NCBI GenBank assembly: GCA_042571305.1
Contig: JBHPHS010000003.1
Span: 1-52,284, forward strand
Length of the DNA stretch: 52,284 bases
Source: Patescibacteria group bacterium
Lineage (GTDB): Bacteria; Patescibacteriota; Microgenomatia; UBA8517
Direction: 5' to 3'
This document shows, one piece after another, positions 29,423-38,023 of the stretch; the stretch's first letter is position 1, and each line of letters begins with the position of its first letter. The translations under genes were made by a program, and so were the position numbers. The notes beneath the pieces were generated by a model, which did no database searches, was not told the origin of the DNA, and saw nothing but the letters and a program-made list of their open reading frames with translations.

Positions 29423-29929
29423 ATGAATCCTGCCGAAGAAAATAAAAGCACTTTAAAACCTGAAAAGGATTTGGTTGTTTGGACAGCACCAGCAAGACCA
29501 TTCAAAAGAAGAGACAAGCAGTTTTATATGACAACCTTTGCGATTGCAGGTATTGTAGGTTTAGTTCTTTTCTTGGCTGAAGGGTGGATGCCTGTTCTTT
29601 TAATTATTTCTTTGGTTTTTTTGTATTATGTTCTCTCAACGGTTCAGCCTGAAGACATTCAGTATAAAATTACCAATAAGGGAATAAAAATAGCAAACAA
29701 ATTAACCCCTTGGGAGGTAATGGTTAGATTTTGGTTTTCTAAAAGGTTTGACAGTGAGCTTTTGATAGTTCAAATTCAAACCCTACCCGGTAGGCTTGAG
29801 TTTGTGATTAATCAGCAAGTTAAAGAACAAATAAAAAAAGAACTTTCAAACTTTGTTGCCCAGGAAGAAGTACCACCCTCAAGTTTAGATAAGCTTACAA
29901 ACTGGTTTTCCAAAAAACTACCACAATAA
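29423..29929 (+). CDS. Conserved hypothetical two-TM membrane protein
   Basis: W.AP.RPFKRRDKQF, two TMs, YKITNKGIKI, W....FW. Confidence 0.75.
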   Translation: MNPAEENKSTLKPEKDLVVWTAPARPFKRRDKQFYMTTFAIAGIVGLVLFLAEGWMPVLLIISLVFLYYVLSTVQPEDIQYKITNKGIKIANKLTPWEVMVRFWFSKRFDSELLIVQIQTLPGRLEFVINQQVKEQIKKELSNFVAQEEVPPSSLDKLTNWFSKKLPQ

Positions 29930-30003
29930 GTGCCCGTAGCTCAACTGGATAGAGCATCAGATTGCGGATCTGGAGGTTGTGAGTTCAACTCTCGCCGGGC
30001 ACA
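29930..30003 (+). tRNA. tRNA-Arg(GCG)
   Basis: GTGCCCG/CGGGCAC acceptor, TAGCTCAACTGGATAGAGCA, TCAGA-TT GCG GA-TCTGG. Confidence 0.93.
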
Positions 30004-30007
30004 CTAA

Positions 30008-30092
30008 GGAGGGTTCGCATAGCGGCCAATTGCACGAGTTTCGAAAACTCGAGGGTTAATTCCCTACACAGGTTCAAATCCTGTACCCTCCG
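30008..30092 (+). tRNA. tRNA-Ser(CGA)
   Basis: CGAGT-TT CGA AA-ACTCG, long variable arm, ACAGG-TTCAAAT-CCTGT. Confidence 0.93.
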
Positions 30093-30146
30093 CCTACATT
30101 TTCTTCTTCAGTCAATACCGAAACTGAGGTATAATGAGGGCTTAAG

Positions 30147-30596
30147 GTGAAAAACGACAATCAACAAATATTAATTTCAGGTGCTGTAGTTTTTAGAGAC
30201 TTTAGAGGCAAAAGACAGTATATCTTGGTTAAGCAAAAAGATGACGTTGGTTGGGAAATACCCAAAATCATAGTTAGAAAAGGAGAATCTTCGGTTCGAG
30301 CATCTATTAGAATGATGGCTGAACAAGGAGGAATGACAGCAAAAGTGTTGGAGGAGGCTGGGCGTGTAAGTGGTTCCACAGTTGTTAACGGAAAAAGTAT
30401 TCCTCAAAAATATTATTATTACCTGATGGTATTTAAAACCGGGATGGGTGAGATAATTGGCTTTAGTGATTATCAGTGGCTGGAATATGCAAAAGCCAAC
30501 AAAATACTTGCACTTAAAAGAGAAAAAGAAATGCTTAAAGGCGCAAAGGATGCGTTAAAACTGTGGGAAAAGGAAAAGAAGGACATACTGGGATAA
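30147..30596 (+). CDS. NUDIX-fold protein, degenerate Nudix box
   Basis: SGAVVFR, WEIPK..VRKGESSVRASIRMMAEQGG. Confidence 0.75.
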   Translation: MKNDNQQILISGAVVFRDFRGKRQYILVKQKDDVGWEIPKIIVRKGESSVRASIRMMAEQGGMTAKVLEEAGRVSGSTVVNGKSIPQKYYYYLMVFKTGMGEIIGFSDYQWLEYAKANKILALKREKEMLKGAKDALKLWEKEKKDILG

Positions 30597-31066
30597 AGCT
30601 GGAGCTTTCTTCAGGAGGCGTAGTTTATAAAAAAGACAAAGCTAAAGTTTTGTGGTTGGTTACAAAATCTTCTTCGAATTCCAAAGCATTTGGGTCTATC
30701 TGGAGACTTCCCAAAGGAAGATTGGATGATATAGGAAGTCAACCCGGTCCTTTAGCAACAGGTGCCAAAAAAGCTACAGAGGCAGAGATAAAAAGCGCAG
30801 CTTTAAAGGAAGTTGAAGAAGAAGGAGGAGTTAGAGCCAAAATAGTTAAGAAAATTGGAACAGAAAGATATTTTTTTGTCTTTAACAATCAAAAATATTT
30901 GAAGTTTGTAACATTTTATTTGATGGTTTGGCAAAAAGACTTACCCCAAGGATTTAGTTTTGAAACATCAGAGATTGCCTGGCTTTCCTTCGATGAGGCG
31001 TATAAAAAACTTTCTTACGCGGGGGAAAAGAGTGTTCTTAAAAAAGCAAAAGATTTACTGATATAA
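30563..31066 (+). CDS. NUDIX hydrolase (Ap4A-hydrolase-like); start uncertain
   Basis: SSGGVVY, WRLPKGRLD, AALKEVEEEGG, KFVTFYLM. Confidence 0.85.
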   Translation: MGKGKEGHTGIKLELSSGGVVYKKDKAKVLWLVTKSSSNSKAFGSIWRLPKGRLDDIGSQPGPLATGAKKATEAEIKSAALKEVEEEGGVRAKIVKKIGTERYFFVFNNQKYLKFVTFYLMVWQKDLPQGFSFETSEIAWLSFDEAYKKLSYAGEKSVLKKAKDLLI

Positions 31067-31080
31067 TACAAAACGTATTC

Positions 31081-31167
31081 GGAGAGGTCGCATAGTGGAC
31101 TAGTGCGCATCTTTGGAGAAGATGTATAACCGCAAGGTTATCGAGGGTTCGAATCCCTCCCTCTCCG
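31081..31167 (+). tRNA. tRNA-Ser(GGA)
   Basis: CATCT-TT GGA GA-AGATG, variable arm ATAACCGCAAGGTTAT, GAGGG-TTCGAAT-CCCTC. Confidence 0.95.
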
Positions 31168-31179
31168 CACATACCTCTG

Positions 31180-31884
31180 ATGAGAATAATTTATTTAAAC
31201 ACCTGGTACGGACAAATCAAGAGAGATTTTTTTTCCTTTTTAAAAGATAATGTTGGGGCTGACGTTTTTTGTTTTCAGGAAGTTTCCCCGCAGCTTTTTA
31301 ACGAACTTGAAAATATCCTATCTAATCATGGGGGTATATATGCCACGGAAAACAAAGCTGAACTTATGGGTTTTGTCTATGGCCAGGCTATATTTATTAG
31401 AAAGAATTTTAAGATTTTATCTTCAGGGAAGGTTGATTTGTATCGCCAAGTTATAAACGATGTCGGCTATTTGCAGTTTGTGCAGGTTAAAATAGGACAA
31501 AAAGAAGTTTGTTTAGGAAATATCCACGGTAAAGCTCGTCCAGGGTACAAACTTGATACACCGGCACGAATTAGGCAATCAAGAATTATAATTGACTATT
31601 TTAAAAATAAAAAAGGTGCAAAAATAATCGGTGGTGATTTTAATCTTCTACCTCAAACCAAAAGTATAAAAATGTTTGAAAAAGCCGGATACAGAAATTT
31701 AATAGATGAATATAAAATAAAAATAACCCGCAACAGACTTGCCTGGGAGCAGTTTCCTAATGAGGAAAAACAATATTTTGCAGATTATGTTTTTACCTCT
31801 TCTGATATAAAAGTAAAGAACTTTGTTGTTCCCAATATCGAAATATCCGACCACCTGCCTCTTATCTTGGATTTTGAGATATAA
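31180..31884 (+). CDS. Endonuclease/exonuclease/phosphatase-family protein
   Basis: DVFCFQEV, IIGGDFN, ADYVF, SDHLPL. Confidence 0.92.
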   Translation: MRIIYLNTWYGQIKRDFFSFLKDNVGADVFCFQEVSPQLFNELENILSNHGGIYATENKAELMGFVYGQAIFIRKNFKILSSGKVDLYRQVINDVGYLQFVQVKIGQKEVCLGNIHGKARPGYKLDTPARIRQSRIIIDYFKNKKGAKIIGGDFNLLPQTKSIKMFEKAGYRNLIDEYKIKITRNRLAWEQFPNEEKQYFADYVFTSSDIKVKNFVVPNIEISDHLPLILDFEI

Positions 31885-31894
31885 TCAAGGTTGA

Positions 31895-33679
31895 ATGGAC
31901 AATCAAGTTGATGAGGTAAAGCAAAAGACAGACATTGTTTCGATAATTAGCGAGAGGATTGAGCTTAAAAAGGCTGGCAGGAATTATAAAGCAAATTGCC
32001 CTTTCCATAGTGAAAAAACTCCTTCTTTTATGGTCTCTCCTGAGCTTCAGATTTTTAAATGCTTTGGTTGTTCCGAAAGTGGAGATGTGTTTACTTTCCT
32101 ACAAAAGTATGAAGGAATGGAGTTTGGTGAAGCCTTAAAGTATTTAGCTGATAAAGCGAGGATTAAACTAAAGCCTTTTAAGGGAGGACTGGGAACATCT
32201 GAAAAAGAAAGGATTGTTGAGGTTAATTCTCAAGCTTTAAGATTTTATAACTATATTCTACTTAATCATCAGCTGGGAAAGAGTGCTTTAGAATATTTAA
32301 TGAAGGACAGGGGCTTAAAAAGAAAAACTATTGAGGAATTTCAGCTAGGTTTTGCACCAATTGACTCCATATATCTTAAAAAGTTTTTGGTTGACAAAAA
32401 GAAATTCAACCTTAAAGAAACAGAATCAGCAGGAATAGGTGTATTAAGAGGATCAAACTTAATAGATAGATTTAGGGGTAGAGTGATCTTTCCACTATTT
32501 GACCATAGAGGAAATTCTATTGGTTTTGCGGGAAGGATTATGCCTGGGGCAAGGGAAGACTTGGCAAAATATATAAATTCTCCGGAAACTTTGGCATATC
32601 ATAAAAGCAATGTTCTTTACGGACTTAACCTAACAAGGCAATTTGTCAAAATAAAAAAGGTTGCAATTGTGGTAGAGGGGGAACTTGATGCAATCTCATC
32701 TTACCAGGCAGGAGTTAAAAACGTGGTTGCTATTAAAGGATCTGCCTTAACACCCGAGCAGGTAAGACTTCTTTCAAGGTTTAGTGAAAAAATAATTCTA
32801 GCACTAGATACCGATATTGCGGGGGACACCGCAGCAAGGAGTGGAATTACCATTGCGGGCAATGCCGGACTTGATGTAAGGGTAGCAAGGCTTTCCGGTT
32901 TTAAAGATCCGGATGAAGCAGCCAGAGCAGACCCTGATTCTTACAAGAAATCTTTAATTAATGCTATTGGAGTTTGGGATTATCTAATTGATTCTGTTTT
33001 TGAGAGATTTAGTTCAAAAGGACCTTCGGGAAATCTAAAAATCTCAAAGGAGATATGCTTGGTTTTGGCCTCAATTGAAGACAAAATTATCCAAGCTGGA
33101 TATATAGATAAAGTAGCTAAAAAGCTCTCAATTCCTTTTGATGCGGTTGCTGCTCAGGTTGAAAAAACCCAATCTCAAGATGAAAAAGAAACCAAAAAAG
33201 AAAAAACAGATGTTGTTGAAAAAAGAGACAGAAGAACACTGTTGGAGGAAAATGTCCTTACACTTTGCTTTCAATTTAATCCCAAAAGACTTCTTAAAAA
33301 AGATTTAAAGAATATTTTTAAAACCTCCCTTGCCAAAAGAATATTAGAAGCATATGAGGTCTATTCCAAGAAACACAAAAGCTTTAATCTTTCAAACTTT
33401 GCAAAAACACTCCCTTCCGAGCTGTTTGGTGGTTTTGCAGAAATTCTTCTTAAAGAGGATAACAACATAAAAGAACTTGACGTGGCCGTTAAAGAGCTTA
33501 AAATACTAATTGTTAAGCAAAAATTAGCAGAAATTGCTGAATCGATTCAAAAGCTGGAAGATGGTGGCGAAAAAGAAGAGCTTCTTAAAGCCCAAAATAA
33601 ATTAAACACACTCGCCGCATCACTTTCTAAGCTTGAAGATGAGGATGTGGGCGGTATTATATTGGAAGATGTTGGTTAG
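31895..33679 (+). CDS. dnaG: DNA primase
   Basis: CPFHSEKTPSF..FKCFGC zinc finger, KYINSPET, VEGELD, DTDIAG, KDPDE. Confidence 0.99.
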   Translation: MDNQVDEVKQKTDIVSIISERIELKKAGRNYKANCPFHSEKTPSFMVSPELQIFKCFGCSESGDVFTFLQKYEGMEFGEALKYLADKARIKLKPFKGGLGTSEKERIVEVNSQALRFYNYILLNHQLGKSALEYLMKDRGLKRKTIEEFQLGFAPIDSIYLKKFLVDKKKFNLKETESAGIGVLRGSNLIDRFRGRVIFPLFDHRGNSIGFAGRIMPGAREDLAKYINSPETLAYHKSNVLYGLNLTRQFVKIKKVAIVVEGELDAISSYQAGVKNVVAIKGSALTPEQVRLLSRFSEKIILALDTDIAGDTAARSGITIAGNAGLDVRVARLSGFKDPDEAARADPDSYKKSLINAIGVWDYLIDSVFERFSSKGPSGNLKISKEICLVLASIEDKIIQAGYIDKVAKKLSIPFDAVAAQVEKTQSQDEKETKKEKTDVVEKRDRRTLLEENVLTLCFQFNPKRLLKKDLKNIFKTSLAKRILEAYEVYSKKHKSFNLSNFAKTLPSELFGGFAEILLKEDNNIKELDVAVKELKILIVKQKLAEIAESIQKLEDGGEKEELLKAQNKLNTLAASLSKLEDEDVGGIILEDVG

Positions 33680-33688
33680 CTTATTGCT

Positions 33689-34768
33689 ATGATTAGAAAA
33701 CCCGTACAGGAATTAATTAAAAAAGGAAGAGACCAAGGGTTTTTAACCCAGGAGGAGATCCTGGAGGTATTTCCCGACGCAGAAAATAGAGTTGAGGAGC
33801 TTGATGAGTTTTACGACAAACTCTTAGGTGAAGGTGTTGATGTTTTTGAGTCAGTTACTCCTGAGGAGATTGAAACCGATGAAAAAGCCAAAGAAAAGTT
33901 AGATAGGGAAATTGAGATTCTCACCAAACTTGCGGGAGTCGAGTCAACAGATCCGGTAAGACAATACTTAAGAGAAATTGGAAGAGTTCCTCTTCTGGTT
34001 GCCGAAGAGGAGGTTGAACTTGCTAAAAGATACGAAAAAGCAGACAAAAGAGCAAAAGATAAACTAACCGAAAGTAACTTAAGGCTGGTAGTCTCCATTG
34101 CCAAAAAATATATAGGCAGAGGTCTTTCTCTACTTGATCTTATACAGGAAGGTAACCAGGGACTTATCCGTGCAGTTGAGAAATATGACTGGAGAAAGGG
34201 CTATAAGTTTTCAACCTATGCAACCTGGTGGATAAGGCAAGCCATAACCAGAGCAATAGCTGACCAAGCAAGGACCATTAGAATTCCTGTCCATATGGTT
34301 GAAACCATTAACAAGCTTTACAGAACTAGCAGAAGACTTATGCAGGAGATGGGTAGAGAACCTACTCCGGAAGAAATTGGAGAAGAGCTTGAGTTAGATC
34401 CCGACAGAGTAAGGGAAATATTCAAAATTGCTCAAGAAACAACCTCGTTAGAAGCTCCTGTTGGAGAAGATCAGGAGAGTTTCCTGGGAGACTTTATTCC
34501 AGATGAAAGCCAACTCTCACCGGTTGACCAAGCAAGCAAGCAACTACTTAAAGATCACTTAGAAGAAGTTCTCTCAACCCTCTCAGACAGAGAAGCAAAA
34601 GTATTAAAACTAAGATTTGGTTTAGAAGGAAACAAAGCAATGACACTTGAGGAGGTAGGCAGAGTCTTTGGAGTAACCAGGGAGCGTATTAGACAAATTG
34701 AAGCAAAAGCATTAAGAAAATTAAAACACCCCTCAAGACGCAAGAAACTTCAGGATTATTTAGACTAG
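33689..34768 (+). CDS. rpoD: Primary sigma-70 factor
   Basis: [56 protein letters not shown]. Confidence 0.99.
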   Translation: MIRKPVQELIKKGRDQGFLTQEEILEVFPDAENRVEELDEFYDKLLGEGVDVFESVTPEEIETDEKAKEKLDREIEILTKLAGVESTDPVRQYLREIGRVPLLVAEEEVELAKRYEKADKRAKDKLTESNLRLVVSIAKKYIGRGLSLLDLIQEGNQGLIRAVEKYDWRKGYKFSTYATWWIRQAITRAIADQARTIRIPVHMVETINKLYRTSRRLMQEMGREPTPEEIGEELELDPDRVREIFKIAQETTSLEAPVGEDQESFLGDFIPDESQLSPVDQASKQLLKDHLEEVLSTLSDREAKVLKLRFGLEGNKAMTLEEVGRVFGVTRERIRQIEAKALRKLKHPSRRKKLQDYLD

Positions 34769-34835
34769 TCTAATAAAATCAATTACTTATTCTAAGACTA
34801 CTTGACTTCGGGTTATATATGGTACATATTTAATT

Positions 34836-35513
34836 GTGGGGTATTTTGGAAAATTGGAAGAGAAAGAAAAAGTGCTGAGGCTTAGAAAAAAGGGCCTTTC
34901 GTATAATGAGATTAAAAGAGTTGTGCCCGTGTCAAAAAGTAGCTTGAGCAGGTGGTGCCGAGACGTTTATATAACTCCAGAACAGGTATTTAGATTGTAT
35001 AAAAATAAACTGGAAGGTTCAGAGCGAGGGAGGATAATTGGAGCTAAAAAACTACAAGAAGCACGGATTGCCAGGACACTTGCGCTTTATAAAGAGGGAA
35101 GGAGGGATGTGGGGAAGATAAGTAGACGGGATTATTTTATTGCTGGGATTGGGCTGTACGCAGGGGACGGGATTAAAGGAGATAAAATGGTGGGATTTTC
35201 TAACTCTAATCCTAAAATGATAAAGTTTATGTCTGGTTGGTTACGAAGTTTTTGCAGCGTTCCTCTTGAGAGAATGTCGTGCCAGATATGGATACACGAC
35301 AATCTGGATGAAACTAAAGCTAGGATATTTTGGTCTAGAATTACAGGAGTACCTCTAAAAAGATTTAACAAAAGTTACATAGCAAGAAATAAGATCGAGA
35401 GTAATAAAATAAGGAAGAATATTCATAAATACGGAGTTTGTACCATAAACATAACTTCCGCTGAGATACAAAGAAAAATTTTAGGTTGGATGGGTGGAAT
35501 ACTTGATACTTAA
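34836..35513 (+). CDS. HTH + LAGLIDADG-like homing-endonuclease-related protein
   Basis: N-terminal HTH LRKKGLSYNEI...VSKSSLSRW; IAGIGLYAGDG helix followed by VGFSNSNPKMIKF. Confidence 0.65.
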   Translation: MGYFGKLEEKEKVLRLRKKGLSYNEIKRVVPVSKSSLSRWCRDVYITPEQVFRLYKNKLEGSERGRIIGAKKLQEARIARTLALYKEGRRDVGKISRRDYFIAGIGLYAGDGIKGDKMVGFSNSNPKMIKFMSGWLRSFCSVPLERMSCQIWIHDNLDETKARIFWSRITGVPLKRFNKSYIARNKIESNKIRKNIHKYGVCTINITSAEIQRKILGWMGGILDT

Positions 35514-35546
35514 TTGTTATAATCAGTTGCTCTTTGAAGATTATAT

Positions 35547-35810
35547 TCCCCGGTAGCTCAGCGGTAGAGCAGGAAGCTGTGTTAGCAGCTCTTGGTGGAA
35601 ACATCAAGATGAAAAGTGGGTGAATTCAGGGAACGCTCCAATTAGTTTGGAGTAACCGTGAGCCAAGCCCCGATTTTTTCAGGGAAGGTGCAGAGACTAG
35701 GTGATTACACCCTTAGAGCGCCCACCACCTAAAGTTAAAAAAGCTATGGTGATGAGATAGTCCATATAGTAACTTCAAGGTCGTAGGTTCGAATCCTACC
35801 CGGGGAGCCA
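35547..35810 (+). tRNA. tRNA-Asn(GTT), split by an intron (exons 35547-35580 and 35770-35810)
   Basis: Joined exons: TCCCCGG TA GCTC AGCGGTA GAGC A GGAAG CT GT|T AA CTTCA AGGTC GTAGG TTCGAAT CCTAC CCGGGGA G CCA. Confidence 0.93.
35581..35769 (+). ncRNA. Group I intron (189 nt, no ORF) between anticodon positions 35 and 36
   Basis: P1 AGCTGT/GCAGCT with U.G at the splice site; P2 TCTTGGTG-GAAA-CATCAAGA; P AATTCAGGGAA; Q AACCGTGAGC; R CAGAGACTA; S GAGATAGTCC; terminal G at 35769. Confidence 0.92.
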
Positions 35811-35831
35811 GTGGCGCAACAAAAGATGTGG

Positions 35832-36365
35832 TTAAGAATTTGCAAGCCTTTCTAGTTCGGGAATCAAGGTTTCAAATTTTCCATTAATATCAAAGACATA
35901 TGGCCTATCTGGTATAGGGGGAATTCTTGGAGGTGTGCTACCCATCATCGTAAAGTAAAGAATACAGTTATTTTTCAATTCTCTTTCCTCGACACTAAAA
36001 CTTGCATTGAATTTATTTTTTAATTCACGAAAGCCTGTTTTTGTAAATGCTTTCCAGAAAACTTCATCAAATTTTTTCATTACTTCATATTGAGGTTGTG
36101 TTACCCCAAGACTTTCAAGGTAAGGTGTTAAAATAGGACTTTCCAGATAAGATGACGCTTCCCCTTGTTTTCTAAGCAATCTAGCTAGAGACTTTTTATC
36201 CACTGTTTCTTCTCTTGGTGTATTATTATTCTGTGTATATTCTACTATCTCCAGTTCATCGGGGCTGATTGGGTGTTTTTTAAGCTTAAGAACTGGCAGC
36301 CAGTCACCACCTCTGTCTTGGTAAAGTAGTTGTGCAGAGTCTGAGCCATTCTCTTTCTTACTCAT
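35832..36365 (-). CDS. Hypothetical protein (first unit after tRNA-Asn)
   Basis: 177-aa ORF, no recognised motif. Confidence 0.65.
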   Translation of the reverse strand: MSKKENGSDSAQLLYQDRGGDWLPVLKLKKHPISPDELEIVEYTQNNNTPREETVDKKSLARLLRKQGEASSYLESPILTPYLESLGVTQPQYEVMKKFDEVFWKAFTKTGFRELKNKFNASFSVEERELKNNCILYFTMMGSTPPRIPPIPDRPYVFDINGKFETLIPELERLANS

Positions 36366-36669
36366 AATTTATTCTGAATTGGTAGTGTATCACAGCAGCT
36401 TGAGAAGTCAACTTAAAACCCTTTACCCTTTATGCTATCAATTTGCTTTCTTCTTATTTAAGCCGCTATTCTCAGGTTCGAAAACTTGATTTGGAAGTGT
36501 TGAGAGAGAAGATGAAATATATTCAGGAGGAATAAGAAGTTACGCAGTAAATTATTAATAATTATATGTAATATTTCAAACGGACAATTGGTTCCTCACA
36601 TAGTCCACAAGAGCGAGCTTTTAGCTTTTGATATATTTACTCCAGGCTATTTGATATAATTCATACCTT

Positions 36670-36900
36670 ATGCCAATGGACCCTAAATATGAAGATTTGG
36701 AACTCGACATTGTTGAAGCTCGAGGTGCAGGACGTGTGTGGCAAGAAATGGCTAAGAACCCTGCCCTTCCAGGTTCAAAAACTGCACAAACTTTCCCTAA
36801 CGGAATCCCCAGAAAAGTATTAGAAAGAAAAATGAAAAAAACAAAAGAAAGAATAAATGCAGAAATTACTCAAGTTACAAGAAGAGAAAGAGAGGGTTAA
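36670..36900 (+). CDS. Small hypothetical protein
   Basis: 76-aa ORF preceded by TGATATAAT. Confidence 0.6.
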   Translation: MPMDPKYEDLELDIVEARGAGRVWQEMAKNPALPGSKTAQTFPNGIPRKVLERKMKKTKERINAEITQVTRREREG

Positions 36901-36950
36901 CTTAATATCTTTGTAGACTCCTCTTTTCCCGTCTGATATTATTCAAATTA

Positions 36951-37601
36951 ATGAAATTACTTTTAACTTCAGCTGGGTTAACAAATAAATCTATAGCTAT
37001 TGCTTTTAACAAACTGGTAGGACTTCCTAAAGAAAAAATCCATATTGCATTTATTCCAACCGCAGCCAATGTTGAAGAAGGAAATAAAGATTGGCTAATT
37101 GATGATTATAATAACCTTAAAAAACAAGGCTACGGATGCATAGATATTGTTGACATTTCTGCAATTTCTCCAAAGGTTTGGAAACCAAGATTAGAAGATG
37201 CAAATGTTTTATTTTTTGGAGGTGGTAACACATTTCACTTAATGCACTGGTTACAAAAATCTGGATTAGAAAAACAATTGTCAGAATTGCTAAAAACTAG
37301 GGTTTATGCAGGTATAAGTGCGGGTGGATGCATCGCTGGTCCAACTATTTACAACTCTGTTCAAAACTTATTTGATGAAAAGTATGAGTTGCGCATTAAA
37401 GAAGGTTTGGGTTTAGTTGATTTTCAATTTGTCCCTCATTTAAACTCTCCTTACTTTAAAAAAATAAGAATAAAATACCTAGAAGAAGCAGCAAAGAAAA
37501 TCACTGAACCAGTATATGTTGTGGACGACAATACTGCTGTAAAAGTTGTTAATGATAAGGTAACCGTAATATCAGAAGGTATTTGGAAAAAATTTAACTA
37601 G
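36951..37601 (+). CDS. Peptidase E / S51 (class I glutamine amidotransferase-like)
   Basis: MKLLLTSAG, AFIPTA, FGGGNTFHL, GISAG, VPHLNS. Confidence 0.9.
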   Translation: MKLLLTSAGLTNKSIAIAFNKLVGLPKEKIHIAFIPTAANVEEGNKDWLIDDYNNLKKQGYGCIDIVDISAISPKVWKPRLEDANVLFFGGGNTFHLMHWLQKSGLEKQLSELLKTRVYAGISAGGCIAGPTIYNSVQNLFDEKYELRIKEGLGLVDFQFVPHLNSPYFKKIRIKYLEEAAKKITEPVYVVDDNTAVKVVNDKVTVISEGIWKKFN

Positions 37602-37670
37602 GAAATAGTTCCCCGCATAGTCCACAAGAGCTAGCTAGCTTCGGTAATCTATATCAAACCTCAGTAAAAG

Positions 37671-37892
37671 TTACTCTGTAGGGACCACTGTTGTATACAT
37701 GTCTACGTAATTTACGACACACTCCTTTTTACCTCGGCATAGCTTATTCTGGTAAAGTGGGCAAGAAACATATCCTTTTTCTTCATCGACAATAGTTAAC
37801 TCGACAGGGTTTGAGAAGTCTTGTTTAAAATCTATTGATGCCTTACCCCTTTTTACTTTTGTAACAGGCGCACACTCGGTCCTTAATCCCAT
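37671..37892 (-). CDS. Small Cys-containing hypothetical protein
   Basis: 73 aa, 4 Cys (CP.....LC.....C); fills one repeat-bounded unit. Confidence 0.55.
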   Translation of the reverse strand: MGLRTECAPVTKVKRGKASIDFKQDFSNPVELTIVDEEKGYVSCPLYQNKLCRGKKECVVNYVDMYTTVVPTE

Positions 37893-38023
37893 GTACGGAT
37901 TCTAACACCTAAATTATATTTGTCAAAAGCCAACCTTATACAAGTAGTTCCTCACATAGTCCACAAGGGCGAGCTAGAGGTAGTTTGATATATTTATTCT
38001 TCTTGTTTTGATATAATTTCTCT

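Noticed and set aside
35757-35764. ATAGTCCA shared between the intron S element and the repeat core
   Set aside because: Only 8 bp; no other intron elements accompany the repeats; plausibly chance.
36460-36535. Possible gene or att remnant (GGTTCGAAAACTTGAT..., reading VRKLDLEVLREKMKYIQEE*)
   Set aside because: Short, no start codon or second copy; cannot be supported without a search.
36601-36609. Repeat core TAGTCCACA as a DnaA box (datA-like titration cluster)
   Set aside because: Only 7/9 match (8/9 in one copy); conservation extends well beyond the 9-mer and tracks gene boundaries.
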